From assembly GCA_043717115.1 (NCBI GenBank), contig JAYSXQ010000040.1, forward strand, positions 1 through 36,126: DNA of 36,126 bases. The letters run 5' to 3'. Each line of letters begins with the position of its first letter. Within the stretch, counting starts at the first letter, position 1. This document shows positions 16,981 to 25,918 of the stretch, one piece after another. The DNA comes from a bacterium. GTDB lineage: Bacteria > Patescibacteriota > Minisyncoccia > Phycocordibacterales > UBA5272. Made by a program: the position numbers and the translations under genes. Below the pieces are notes generated by a model, which saw only the letters and a program-made list of their open reading frames with translations, did not search any database and had not been told where the DNA came from.

Positions 16981-17673
16981 ATGTTTTGGAATAAAAAAAT
17001 TAAAATCGAGGAAACTGATTTAGATTCAGCTATGATCGAGCTTGGGCGAGAAATCGAAAGAGGTCTTTTACTTTTAGGTGCGGTTGTTCAGCAACATTGG
17101 ACAACAGAAGAAGAGGAAAATGATTATAATAAAGCCGTATCAGTCACTATGAATATGATTCTAAATGATAAAACATTGACTGATATGGATAGACTGGAAA
17201 AAGCAAAATATATACTCGATTTGTCAAAGGTGTATAGAAAATTTATAGACGCTTCGTCATCTAAATATGGGGATTTTATTCTTTCCAGACTAAATCAGTT
17301 TGAGCAGATGTTAGAACCACTACCAAAAATAAAGTCGCATGAAAAAGTTGAGGAGTGGATAAAGCTTACTAGTGAGTTGTGTAAAATACGTGCTGACGAA
17401 ATTAATGCTATTGAAGCCCGTATAGAACTCGACAATTTTATACCAAAGCTTGTTATTAGAGATGAGGGAAATTCAGAACAGAATATGACGGAAGAAGAAG
17501 GAAATCAATTTGCACATCTAGTCGCCACTTACGGCTCTAAACGACAGCTTGCTTATGAAGCCGAAAAGAAAATTGAGCCGATGAGATCAAATCTAGCTGA
17601 AAGTATGTTTGGAAAACTTAACGAGTATATGAAAGATGGTAGTTACTCCAGGTTACTAATAATGAAACCTTAA
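16981..17673 (+). CDS. Hypothetical acidic, predicted all-helical protein (230 aa); first gene of the cassette
   Basis: Long ORF in native-like AT-rich codon usage. Its stop is 10 nt before the next start. No motif I recognise: no nucleotidyltransferase GS..D.D, no HTH signature. Confidence 0.7.
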   Translation: MFWNKKIKIEETDLDSAMIELGREIERGLLLLGAVVQQHWTTEEEENDYNKAVSVTMNMILNDKTLTDMDRLEKAKYILDLSKVYRKFIDASSSKYGDFILSRLNQFEQMLEPLPKIKSHEKVEEWIKLTSELCKIRADEINAIEARIELDNFIPKLVIRDEGNSEQNMTEEEGNQFAHLVATYGSKRQLAYEAEKKIEPMRSNLAESMFGKLNEYMKDGSYSRLLIMKP

Positions 17674-17683
17674 ATTAAGGAGA

Positions 17684-18142
17684 ATGAATCAACTAATTAA
17701 AAAAGAGAGAATACCTATTCAGTCGATTTTATTTTCTTTAACTGAATGTTTAGATGCGTTAGTTGCGTTAGATGAGGTGAATAGACTTCATACACAAATT
17801 CCTATAATGAATCTTCTGGAAAGAGAAAGTTTAAATTTTCGTCCAGAAATCATGGTTACTTTAGTTAGTGTGACAAGAGATTGTTTTTGTATTCGCATAG
17901 CAAATCTTTTTGATAATCGTAAAGATACTCACTCATTAAAAAAATATTTTCATGGTGATACTGTTGATAAACTAGAAAAACATCCTATAACGGTTGCGGC
18001 CATTAAGGCACGACACAACAACATTGCGCACATGGGGAAAGCGTATACAAAATGGCCTGAGATAGATGCTATTCTCGTCGCGACTGATTTGAGAGATTTA
18101 TTGGAGAGTATCAGAATTGGTATTTCGATAAATCGTCAGTAG
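17684..18142 (+). CDS. HEPN-like (AbiU2/Abi-type) putative RNase toxin, 152 aa
   Basis: Predicted helical. R-x5-H motif R110-HNNIA-H116 (nt 18011-18031) with a polar residue after the Arg and AH at the end, as in many HEPN families. It sits in the C-terminal third, as expected. The assignment rests on motif and size only. Confidence 0.45.
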   Translation: MNQLIKKERIPIQSILFSLTECLDALVALDEVNRLHTQIPIMNLLERESLNFRPEIMVTLVSVTRDCFCIRIANLFDNRKDTHSLKKYFHGDTVDKLEKHPITVAAIKARHNNIAHMGKAYTKWPEIDAILVATDLRDLLESIRIGISINRQ

Positions 18143-18226
18143 GAGCAATCTTTGACGTTTTATAATATCTCCTAGCGCTACGCGCGTTCGTAGTAGATTC
18201 GAGCAAATGCTAGAATAACACCACCA

Positions 18227-18245
18227 AAAATAAAACACACCCAAT
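18227..18245 (+). repeat. 19-nt direct repeat, copy 2
   Basis: Identical to 16761-16779. Confidence 0.9.
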
Positions 18246-18260
18246 AGGGTGTGTTTTATT
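18229..18260. terminator. Bidirectional terminator with a 14-bp perfect stem
   Basis: AATAAAACACACCC-AATA-GGGTGTGTTTTATT between convergent genes ending at 18142 and 18297. Confidence 0.75.
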
Positions 18261-18296
18261 AAATGCTATAGTTTTATATTAGCACTAAGTTTGAAA

Positions 18297-18812
18297 CTAC
18301 TTCATAATGTAATGTCTCACGTCTACTGCGCCGTGATTTAAAAATATGTCTTCAGTGCTAGCAGGAGTACCACGTGATATTATCAAAATATCGCCACGTC
18401 TCACATGGTCCTCGTACATGTGAACGTCAGCTTCGTCTACTCCTAGATTAATTAATCCTCCTATCATACCACCAGCCACTGCACCACCAGCTGCACCTGC
18501 TACTGCAGTTGCTGCTGTAGCACCTATGCCTAATGCAGCTGCTAATGGTCCTGCGACTAGCACAGTACCAAAACCAGGTAAAACTACATTAGCGACTACG
18601 AGTCCTGCTAGACCTCCTATTATTGCTCCTGCTGTAGCTCCTGTTGCTGCTGCTCCGCCTACCTTTTCGCCAGTTTGGCCGTCTTTTATATTACCTTTTT
18701 CATTGGTATATACATAAGATAGATCAGTTTCGTTCACTCCAAACTCTTTTAATTCGTTAAGAGCGCTTTCTGCTGCTGTGTGAGTAGTAAATACTCCTAT
18801 GGTTGTTATCAT
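18297..18812 (-). CDS. YflT-like general stress domain protein with a central glycine-zipper membrane segment
   Basis: N-terminus MITTIGVFTTHTAAESALNELKEFGVNETDLSYVY resembles the general stress protein 17M/YflT domain. Central region is a GxxxG/Ala-rich run (GGAAATGATAGAIIGGLAGLVV...). Confidence 0.6.
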   Translation of the reverse strand: MITTIGVFTTHTAAESALNELKEFGVNETDLSYVYTNEKGNIKDGQTGEKVGGAAATGATAGAIIGGLAGLVVANVVLPGFGTVLVAGPLAAALGIGATAATAVAGAAGGAVAGGMIGGLINLGVDEADVHMYEDHVRRGDILIISRGTPASTEDIFLNHGAVDVRHYIMK

Positions 18813-18936
18813 ATTTTTTTATTATCCAAGTTTTAACCTATTTTTACATCTAGGAGCTTGCATACATATCATGACGTTTGGTTTCGATATATCTTACAAG
18901 ACTTGCTTTTGATACATTTTATGTTGTTTATAAATA

Positions 18937-18945
18937 TGTTATAAT
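18937..18945 (+). promoter_or_regulatory. Extended -10 TGTTATAAT; predicted TSS at the ATG at 18952 (leaderless)
   Basis: TG at 18937-18938 and TATAAT at 18940-18945. The ATG lies 7 nt after the hexamer. Confidence 0.45.
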
Positions 18946-18951
18946 CAACTC

Positions 18952-19467
18952 ATGAACAATTACACATATATACAAACAGTCATACTAGGTGGACTTAAAA
19001 ACTTGGTAGTTATACTGCAAAAAGGTAAAGCTCACACCGAGTCAGCAGGTATGTCCGAGGCTGATCTTATGAACGCCACTCTCTACGATGACATGTTGCC
19101 ATTTGCAAAGCAGATACAGATTGCATCTGACAATGCAAAGGGTGGTATGGCAAAACTATCGGGGACGACCGCTCCAGTGATGGAGGATACTGAGACTACT
19201 TTTGATGAGTTGATTTCTCGTGTGCAGAAAACTATCGACTACGTTGGTACGTTCACAGCAGACAGTTTTGTTGATGCTGAAAATGTACAGATCACTTTTC
19301 CTTGGATGCCAGGCAAATACATCAGTGCTACTGATTATATTAATGACTTCTTGTTGAACAATTTTTTCTTTCACACAGTCACAGCATATGACATACTACG
19401 CCACAAAGGTGTAATGATAGGCAAGTCCGACTACATAGGTGCAATGAATATGAAGGATGTCGCGTAG
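18952..19467 (+). CDS. DUF1993-family (DinB-like helical bundle) protein
   Basis: Characteristic LYDDMLPFAKQIQIASDNAK, ED.E.TF.EL and LLNNFFFHTVTAYDILRHKGVMIGKSDYIG segments. Confidence 0.7.
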   Translation: MNNYTYIQTVILGGLKNLVVILQKGKAHTESAGMSEADLMNATLYDDMLPFAKQIQIASDNAKGGMAKLSGTTAPVMEDTETTFDELISRVQKTIDYVGTFTADSFVDAENVQITFPWMPGKYISATDYINDFLLNNFFFHTVTAYDILRHKGVMIGKSDYIGAMNMKDVA

Positions 19468-19500
19468 TTATACAAGTTTATTTAAATAAAATTTTCAGTT

Positions 19501-20262
19501 ATGCACGCGCTTGAAATAAAAAACGTAAAGAAAACATATGATACAGGTAAACACGCATTAAAAGGTGTGGACCTGGTTGTGGAGGCGGGGGATGTGTTCG
19601 CATTGCTCGGGCCAAATGGAGCTGGGAAAAGCACATTGATTAATTGCACTGTGGGACTGGTAAAAAAAACCTCGGGGTCTATAGAGGTGTTCGGTGTATC
19701 TATTGATGAGGATCATGTCACCACTAAATCAAATATCGGTATAGTCCCTCAAGAGTTCAATTTTAATATTTTTGAAAAGGTTATAGACATAGTGGTCACT
19801 CAGGCAGGGTATTATGGTGTACCGAGGAAAATTGCTACAGAAAGAGCCGAGGTGATACTCAAAAAATTAGACTTGTGGGAGAAACGTAATGCAAAGTCTA
19901 TGACTCTGTCCGGTGGTATGAAAAGACGCCTGATGATAGCTCGCGCTCTAGTGCATCAGCCAAAATTGTTAATACTTGACGAGCCTACAGCAGGAGTGGA
20001 TGTAGAGCTGCGCCACGGTATGTGGACTTTTCTACGTGAATTAAATGCTAGCGGCACAACCATCATCATGACTACCCACTACTTAAAAGAGGCAGAGGAA
20101 CTGTGTAACAAGGTAGCTATGATACGTGACGGCGAGATAGTTTTAAATGGCGATATGAAAAACATACTGAATAAATACGGTACAGATCTAGAAAGTATAT
20201 ACCTAAAAGAAATGTCTAGCGCAGAAAATAAAACTGTAGATATCAAAACAGAAAATAAATAA
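19501..20262 (+). CDS. ABC transporter ATP-binding protein (ABC-2 exporter type)
   Basis: Walker A GPNGAGKST, signature LSGGMKRR, Walker B LLILDEPTAGVD, and H-loop TTHY. Confidence 0.92.
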   Translation: MHALEIKNVKKTYDTGKHALKGVDLVVEAGDVFALLGPNGAGKSTLINCTVGLVKKTSGSIEVFGVSIDEDHVTTKSNIGIVPQEFNFNIFEKVIDIVVTQAGYYGVPRKIATERAEVILKKLDLWEKRNAKSMTLSGGMKRRLMIARALVHQPKLLILDEPTAGVDVELRHGMWTFLRELNASGTTIIMTTHYLKEAEELCNKVAMIRDGEIVLNGDMKNILNKYGTDLESIYLKEMSSAENKTVDIKTENK

Positions 20263-20265
20263 AAT

Positions 20266-21060
20266 ATGAAAAAAATAATTTCAAATAAAAACTTGCGTAT
20301 ACAAATAGTAGCTATACAGACTATATTATCAAAAGATCTGGTGCGTATGTTTCGTATCTGGCCACAGACATTTTTACCATCAGTAGTCACTACGGCATTA
20401 TACTTTTTAATATTTGGTAAATTCATAGGGTCACAGATACAAAGTGTGGGAGGTGTCAGTTATATGCAGTTCATAGTGCCAGGTCTGGTGATGATGGCTG
20501 TGATAACCAACGCATTTGCAAACACAGTGTTTGCATTTTTCGGCGCAAAGTTTCAAAAGACACTAGAGGAGCTACTGGTCGCGCCTGTCTCATATACAGC
20601 GATGATATCAGGCTATGTTTTTGGTGGGGTTGCGCGAGGGTTTTTAGTTGGTACCATGACCCTCGTTACAGCTCTATTTTTCACACCTCTCTCTATTGCG
20701 CACATTGGCTGGGTTATATTTTTTGCTGTTATGTCTAGTGTAGTGTTCTCATTAGCTGGACTAGTTAACGGTGTATATGCAAAGACTTTTGATCAAACGT
20801 CTCTTGTCACTACATTTGTATTAGTCCCTATGACGTATCTGGGCGGCGTGTTTTATAGTGTAAAGTTACTACCAGAAATATGGCAACAGGTATCCTATTT
20901 TAATCCAGTATTGTATATTGTGAATGGATTTAGATATGGTTTCTTGGGAACTTCAGATATTAATATATGGTACTCTGCAGCTACTGTCACTGGTCTCGCT
21001 GTCGTATTTTTTATATGGGCTATATATCTATTTTCAAGTGGCAGAGCGATAAAGATGTAG
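20266..21060 (+). CDS. ABC-2 type transporter permease
   Basis: Six hydrophobic spans, 264 aa. Starts 4 nt after the ATPase stop. Confidence 0.85.
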   Translation: MKKIISNKNLRIQIVAIQTILSKDLVRMFRIWPQTFLPSVVTTALYFLIFGKFIGSQIQSVGGVSYMQFIVPGLVMMAVITNAFANTVFAFFGAKFQKTLEELLVAPVSYTAMISGYVFGGVARGFLVGTMTLVTALFFTPLSIAHIGWVIFFAVMSSVVFSLAGLVNGVYAKTFDQTSLVTTFVLVPMTYLGGVFYSVKLLPEIWQQVSYFNPVLYIVNGFRYGFLGTSDINIWYSAATVTGLAVVFFIWAIYLFSSGRAIKM

Positions 21061-21085
21061 ACATACTTATACAAACTGTCAATCG

Positions 21086-21114
21086 TTGCAATATTACAAT
21101 AATAAGAGTAGTAT
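21086..21114 (+). promoter_or_regulatory. Candidate promoter TTGCAA-17-TAGTAT for the adhesin gene
   Basis: TTGCAA at 21086-21091, a 17-nt spacer, and TAGTAT at 21109-21114. Predicted TSS is about 21121, which favours the ATG at 21126. Confidence 0.35.
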
Positions 21115-21125
21115 TAATGGAAATT

Positions 21126-24100
21126 ATGAAAAAAATATCATCTATTAAAAGCCTTATTAAAAATATATTCAATACAAAATCGCTATTTGCATTTTTATTT
21201 GTAATTACTAGTGTTAGTATACTACTTAAAACTGACTCCGCTTTTGCTATAGCACAACCAGCACTTTTACCAAACACTATAACTTTTAATTCACTAGCTA
21301 CAAAGACTTATGGTGATGCTGACTTCACAGTTAGTGCTACTTCCCAGAATGTTCCACCTCCAGCTATTACTTTTTCTGCTACTGGAAATTGTACTGTATC
21401 TGGTACTACTGTACATATAGTCAAGGCTGGTTCATGTACTATAACAGCTGACCAAGCAGTAGACAGCACATATTCTGCTGCACCATCAGTGTCACAGGCT
21501 TTTACAATAAATAAAAAAGATATAACTATACTTAGTGGTGACTTTGCAGATCCTACTAAGTTATACGATGGTACTACAAATGCAAACAAAGTTTCTTCAC
21601 TATTTGGTGTAGTGCCAGGAGTAACTTTTTCTGGTTTAGTATCAGGAGACTTTGTACGCATTAGTGATAATTCTGCAAACGCAACCCTAGCTAGTAAAAA
21701 CGCTAGTAATACAGCTACTGTAGTTACTTTTTCTGGTTATGGTTTTTGTATGAGTGTTTTATGTGGTAATGATTATCAGAATTACAACCTGGTCAATCAG
21801 CCAGCTACTGAAACTCAGATAGTTAACCCTAAACCAATAACTGTTACTAGTGTTATGGCTTCAAAAACATATGATGGAAATACTTCATCTAGTGTAACTC
21901 CTAATGTTAATGTAGTTGTTGCAGTAGGCGATACTCGTAATTTTATACAAAATTACGATACTTCAGCAAGAGGTATTGCTAAGACTTTGACACCTTCAGG
22001 TTCTGTATTAGACGGTAATAGTGGAGCTAATTATACTGTTACTCTTGTAAGCTCTACAAATGGAACTATAACTCCAAAAGAATTAACTGTTACAGGAGTA
22101 ACTGCAAATAGTAAAGTCTATGACGGAACTGACGCCGCTACTAGTACTGGAGTGCCATTGCTAGTTGGTGTAGTGTCGCCAGATGTTGTTACTATAGGAG
22201 GAACTATGTTTTTGAATTTTAACAACATAAACGTAGGTACAGCAAAACCAATATCAGTAATAGGATTGACTATATCTGGAGCTGCTTCTACTAATTATAC
22301 ATTGACTCAACCTACATTATCATCGGATATTACTAAAAGAGACGTTACTGTTTTTGGTCTATCAGCTTCGAATAAAATCTATGATACTAACATCACTGCT
22401 GTTATAACAGGTACATCAGTATTAAACGGCAAGGCATCAGCAGACGTATTGCCAGCAGCATTATCACTTGGAGGTTCTGCTATAGGTTCATTTTTGACTA
22501 AAATAGTAGCAAATGCAAAACTAGTAAACGTAACAGGGCTTAATCTTATCGGATCTGCAATTGCAAATTACAACTTAATATCACCTACATCCAGTGCTAA
22601 CATAACAGCTGCACCATTAGTTGTTACTGTAACTGGCATTAACAAAAATTATGATGGTAATACATCGGGGACTGTTACATTTGCTGACAACAGATTATCA
22701 GGTGACAATATAACTATCACTGGTACTATTAATTTTTTTAATAAAAATGTAGGTAATGGAAAAGCTGTAACGGTTACTAACATAACCATTACTGGAGCAG
22801 ATAGTAATAATTACAGTTTAGCTACTACTTCTGCATACACTACTGCTAATATAATTAAAAAGAGCATGACTGCAACTGCAGTATCTACATCAAAAATATA
22901 CGACTCTAATACAAATGCAAGTACGGTAGTTTCGTCTATTGATAAAGTAACTGGAGACAGTATAAATTACACACATACAACTTCAAACTTTTCGGATAAA
23001 AATGTAGGTAATGGAAAAACAGTAACCACAAACAGTATTGCTATATCTGGTCTCGATGCCGGTAATTATAATCTATTGAACACTACCGCGATATCAATTG
23101 CTAATATCACTCCTCATGATTTGACAATTACTGTAGTAGCGCAGAACAAAGTCTATGATGCAACCACAACAGCAGCTGTATCGTCTATAACTAACAACAT
23201 GATATTAGGAGATGTTATAGGTACTATAGGTTCAACAGATGCTAATTTCTCAGATAAAAATGTAGGAACAGGTAAACTGATAACAGTTAATCTTAATATA
23301 ACAGCAGGTTTAGATAATATAAACTATACTATACCGACATTTGCAACTACAACTGCAAATATAACAAAACGCACACTCGGTATAGGCGCAACTGGTGTTA
23401 ACAAGGTATATGACGGTAACACTAGCGCAACAGTTAACTTCACAGACAATAGATTAACAGGAGACGTGTTCACAGTGGCTAGTACTAGTGCTACATTTGT
23501 TAACAAAAATATCGGTGTAGCAAAAGTTGTGACTATAACTGGTCTGTCATTGTCAGGAACAGATGCTGGTAACTATACAGTTACTCCAAACAGTACAACT
23601 ACTAGTGCAGATATAATTGCAAAAGCAATAACTGTAACAGCAGACAACAAAACCAAAGTTTATGGTACTGCAGATCCATTGTTAACAGCCACAACAACAG
23701 GTTTAGTTTCTCCAGATGTTTTGACTGGAACACTAGTAAGAGTAGTAGGAGAGAATGTGGGAACATACGATATAAACAAGGGTACATTAACAGCAGGTAA
23801 TAACTATACAGAGATTTTTGTAACAGGTACAATGGCTATCACAAAAGCAAGTCAAACTATTACAATAACACCTGTAAGTAATAAAAATCCAGAAGATGTA
23901 GCGTTCAATGTTATAGCAACTACAACGTCAGGACTACCAATTGTTTTCAGTTTAGGGTCTGGTGTGAATGCTTGTACACTTGCAACTAGCACAGTGACTC
24001 TATCTGGTGTACTTGGAACATGTAGTATAGTAGCAAATCAAACTGGTAATTCTAATTATAATGCCGCATCAAGTACTAGTATAACGATTAATATAGTAGA

Positions 24101-24686
24101 TACTCATGCTCCAGTTATAACACTAAATGGCGCTGCAACTACAACACTATTTGTAGGTAATGCGTACACAGAACTGGGTGCTACTGTGTCAGACTTTGTA
24201 GACGGTACTAGTACCGCAACTGTGGGAGGTGACATAGTAAATACTAACATTGCAGGAACATACACTGTTAGGTACAATGCTACTGATACTGCAGGTAATG
24301 TAGCTATAGAGCAGACCAGGTCTGTGGTAGTTGCAAATAACGGAGGTATTATATTTGGAGGTGGAGGAGGTTCTAGCTCAGGTGTGATAGGTGGCGGACT
24401 ATTAAGTTTTGGTGTAGTATTGCCAACACCTACAAATAGTGGAGGTATAGTATTAGGAGCTTCTAAGTTTAGATTTACAAAGAATCTTAGTTTCGGCATG
24501 AAGAAAAATACTGACGTAAAAGAATTGCAAAAAGTTTTATTCACACTTGGTTTCTACAAAGCTAGTACAACAGGTAATTTTGATAAGTTAACATCAAATG
24601 CTGTAAAAGCGTATCAAAAATCTAACAACATAAAACCAGCAAGTGGATATGTGGGTGTACTAACACGTGCCATATTAAATAAATAG
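21126..24686 (+). CDS. Giant cell-surface repeat protein (YDG/MBG-type repeats, Ig-like DUF5011-type domain, C-terminal peptidoglycan-binding domain)
   Basis: Signal/anchor MKKISSIKSLIKNIFNTKSLFAFLFVITSVSILL..AFA. At least eight roughly 90-aa repeats carrying K(V/I/T)YDG(N/T)T...NVG.(A/G)K...(I/L)(S/T)G......NY motifs. One KTKVYGTADP...GENVGTYDI MBG-like unit. DTHAPVITLNG...TAGN Ig-like domain. Gly/Ser linker. PG_binding_1-like tail (VKELQKVLFTLGFY...AVKAYQKSNNIKPASGYVG). The track start at 20967 overlaps the permease and is rejected. Confidence 0.85.
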   Translation: MKKISSIKSLIKNIFNTKSLFAFLFVITSVSILLKTDSAFAIAQPALLPNTITFNSLATKTYGDADFTVSATSQNVPPPAITFSATGNCTVSGTTVHIVKAGSCTITADQAVDSTYSAAPSVSQAFTINKKDITILSGDFADPTKLYDGTTNANKVSSLFGVVPGVTFSGLVSGDFVRISDNSANATLASKNASNTATVVTFSGYGFCMSVLCGNDYQNYNLVNQPATETQIVNPKPITVTSVMASKTYDGNTSSSVTPNVNVVVAVGDTRNFIQNYDTSARGIAKTLTPSGSVLDGNSGANYTVTLVSSTNGTITPKELTVTGVTANSKVYDGTDAATSTGVPLLVGVVSPDVVTIGGTMFLNFNNINVGTAKPISVIGLTISGAASTNYTLTQPTLSSDITKRDVTVFGLSASNKIYDTNITAVITGTSVLNGKASADVLPAALSLGGSAIGSFLTKIVANAKLVNVTGLNLIGSAIANYNLISPTSSANITAAPLVVTVTGINKNYDGNTSGTVTFADNRLSGDNITITGTINFFNKNVGNGKAVTVTNITITGADSNNYSLATTSAYTTANIIKKSMTATAVSTSKIYDSNTNASTVVSSIDKVTGDSINYTHTTSNFSDKNVGNGKTVTTNSIAISGLDAGNYNLLNTTAISIANITPHDLTITVVAQNKVYDATTTAAVSSITNNMILGDVIGTIGSTDANFSDKNVGTGKLITVNLNITAGLDNINYTIPTFATTTANITKRTLGIGATGVNKVYDGNTSATVNFTDNRLTGDVFTVASTSATFVNKNIGVAKVVTITGLSLSGTDAGNYTVTPNSTTTSADIIAKAITVTADNKTKVYGTADPLLTATTTGLVSPDVLTGTLVRVVGENVGTYDINKGTLTAGNNYTEIFVTGTMAITKASQTITITPVSNKNPEDVAFNVIATTTSGLPIVFSLGSGVNACTLATSTVTLSGVLGTCSIVANQTGNSNYNAASSTSITINIVDTHAPVITLNGAATTTLFVGNAYTELGATVSDFVDGTSTATVGGDIVNTNIAGTYTVRYNATDTAGNVAIEQTRSVVVANNGGIIFGGGGGSSSGVIGGGLLSFGVVLPTPTNSGGIVLGASKFRFTKNLSFGMKKNTDVKELQKVLFTLGFYKASTTGNFDKLTSNAVKAYQKSNNIKPASGYVGVLTRAILNK

Positions 24687-24707
24687 TTAGCTTAAGATGT
24701 AAAATAT

Positions 24708-24746
24708 ACTAAAATACCCTATATAATATATATAGGGTATTTTAGT
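24708..24746 (+). terminator. 18-bp perfect-stem hairpin terminator
   Basis: ACTAAAATACCCTATATA-ATA-TATATAGGGTATTTTAGT, 22 nt after the adhesin stop. Confidence 0.75.
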
Positions 24747-24754
24747 GCTATACT
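24746..24754 (+). promoter_or_regulatory. Extended -10 TGCTATACT; predicted TSS 1 nt before the ATG at 24762
   Basis: TG at 24746-24747 and TATACT at 24749-24754. Confidence 0.45.
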
Positions 24755-24761
24755 ATTTTAC

Positions 24762-25814
24762 ATGGAAGTACCTAAACCAGTACATCGTAAAGTAGTACAT
24801 CACTTTAAGCATTGGTTCGTGCCGCATGAACACAATGAGTACAGACCTCATTTCTTTCGAGAGCTATCTATTGCAACGCTATTGATTTTACTTTTTATAA
24901 TAATGGCTGTTACTGCTAGTTCAGCTTATGTTTTACAAAACACTGAAACTGGTGTGGGTATAGTGTCTAGGGTACTAATAGACTTAACTAATCAAAATAG
25001 AAGTCAGAACAGTTTATCATCACTCACGTACAATTCTACACTAGAAAGCGCGGCTCAATTAAAAGCTTTAGATATGGCTAGTAATAGTTATTTTGCACAT
25101 ATTAGTCCAGCTGGTATAACCCCATGGTATTGGATGCAAAAGGCAGGATATGGATTTACATATGCTGGTGAGAATTTGGCTGTTAATTTTACTAACTCAT
25201 CAGACGTTAGTAACGCATGGATGGCTTCACCACTACACAAGGCGAATATCTTAAGTCCTAACTTTAAAGAAATAGGTATATCTATGCATGATACAGTGTA
25301 CGAAAATAAAAATACTATTTTTGTGGTACAGATGTTCGGTACCAGAGCTATAGCAGAAGACGCTACTAAAAAAGAATCTATATTAAACACTCAAAAAGTT
25401 ATAAACAAAGTTTCTATAGTCTCAAAAACTCCAACAGTAACTACAAGTATAAAAATAGCTACAAATACAAAGACAAATATTAGCACCACTAGTCCCACAA
25501 CCACTACACAAGTACAACCAGAACAAATAACAGCTAAAGTATCAGAAGTGAAGGGTGAGTCTACTACTTCTGCACCTTCTGGTCCTTATGCAACCAATGT
25601 AGATCAGACTATTTTCAATAGCACACAATATGCAAGTATTTTACTGACCATAATATTTGTTTTCGTTTTTGTAGGAGTACTTATTCTTATATTTTTTGAA
25701 ATAGAAAAACAACATCCAAAACATATACTGTATGGCTTTTTTACTCTTAGTCTAATTCTTGTATGTGCTTATATTGTCAAAAACGTTTTTATAATGCATT
25801 TTGTTTTGTTGTAG
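24762..25814 (+). CDS. CAP/SCP (YkwD-like) domain protein with N- and C-terminal TM segments and a Thr-rich linker
   Basis: CAP core: NQNRSQNSL...AAQLKALDMASNSYFAHISP...GENLAVNF...AWMASPLHKANIL...EIGISM. Thr-rich stretch TTSPTTTTQ. C-terminal hydrophobic helices. Confidence 0.8.
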   Translation: MEVPKPVHRKVVHHFKHWFVPHEHNEYRPHFFRELSIATLLILLFIIMAVTASSAYVLQNTETGVGIVSRVLIDLTNQNRSQNSLSSLTYNSTLESAAQLKALDMASNSYFAHISPAGITPWYWMQKAGYGFTYAGENLAVNFTNSSDVSNAWMASPLHKANILSPNFKEIGISMHDTVYENKNTIFVVQMFGTRAIAEDATKKESILNTQKVINKVSIVSKTPTVTTSIKIATNTKTNISTTSPTTTTQVQPEQITAKVSEVKGESTTSAPSGPYATNVDQTIFNSTQYASILLTIIFVFVFVGVLILIFFEIEKQHPKHILYGFFTLSLILVCAYIVKNVFIMHFVLL

Positions 25815-25836
25815 ATTTATTAGTCAGACTTTACAT

Positions 25837-25865
25837 TTGCAAATTATTTTCCTTTATAGTATTAT
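25837..25865 (+). promoter_or_regulatory. Candidate promoter TTGCAA-17-TATTAT
   Basis: TTGCAA at 25837-25842, a 17-nt spacer, and TATTAT at 25860-25865. A leader of about 47 nt carries GGGAG at 25909-25913. Confidence 0.4.
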
Positions 25866-25918
25866 AAAATGGTTTATACCACCGGTGTAAATGTTTTTAA
25901 TTAAACTAGGGAGCGAAG

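Noticed and set aside
18526-18717. 63-aa Pro/Ala-rich plus-strand ORF
   Set aside because: It is antisense to the Gly/Ala-rich glycine-zipper coding segment, the typical complement of GCN/GGN repeats.
20967-21125. N-terminal extension of the 1239-aa ORF overlapping the ABC-2 permease
   Set aside because: The extension is Cys/Trp-rich nonsense overlapping a well-supported gene. A signal-peptide-like MKKISS start at 21126 sits behind a candidate promoter.
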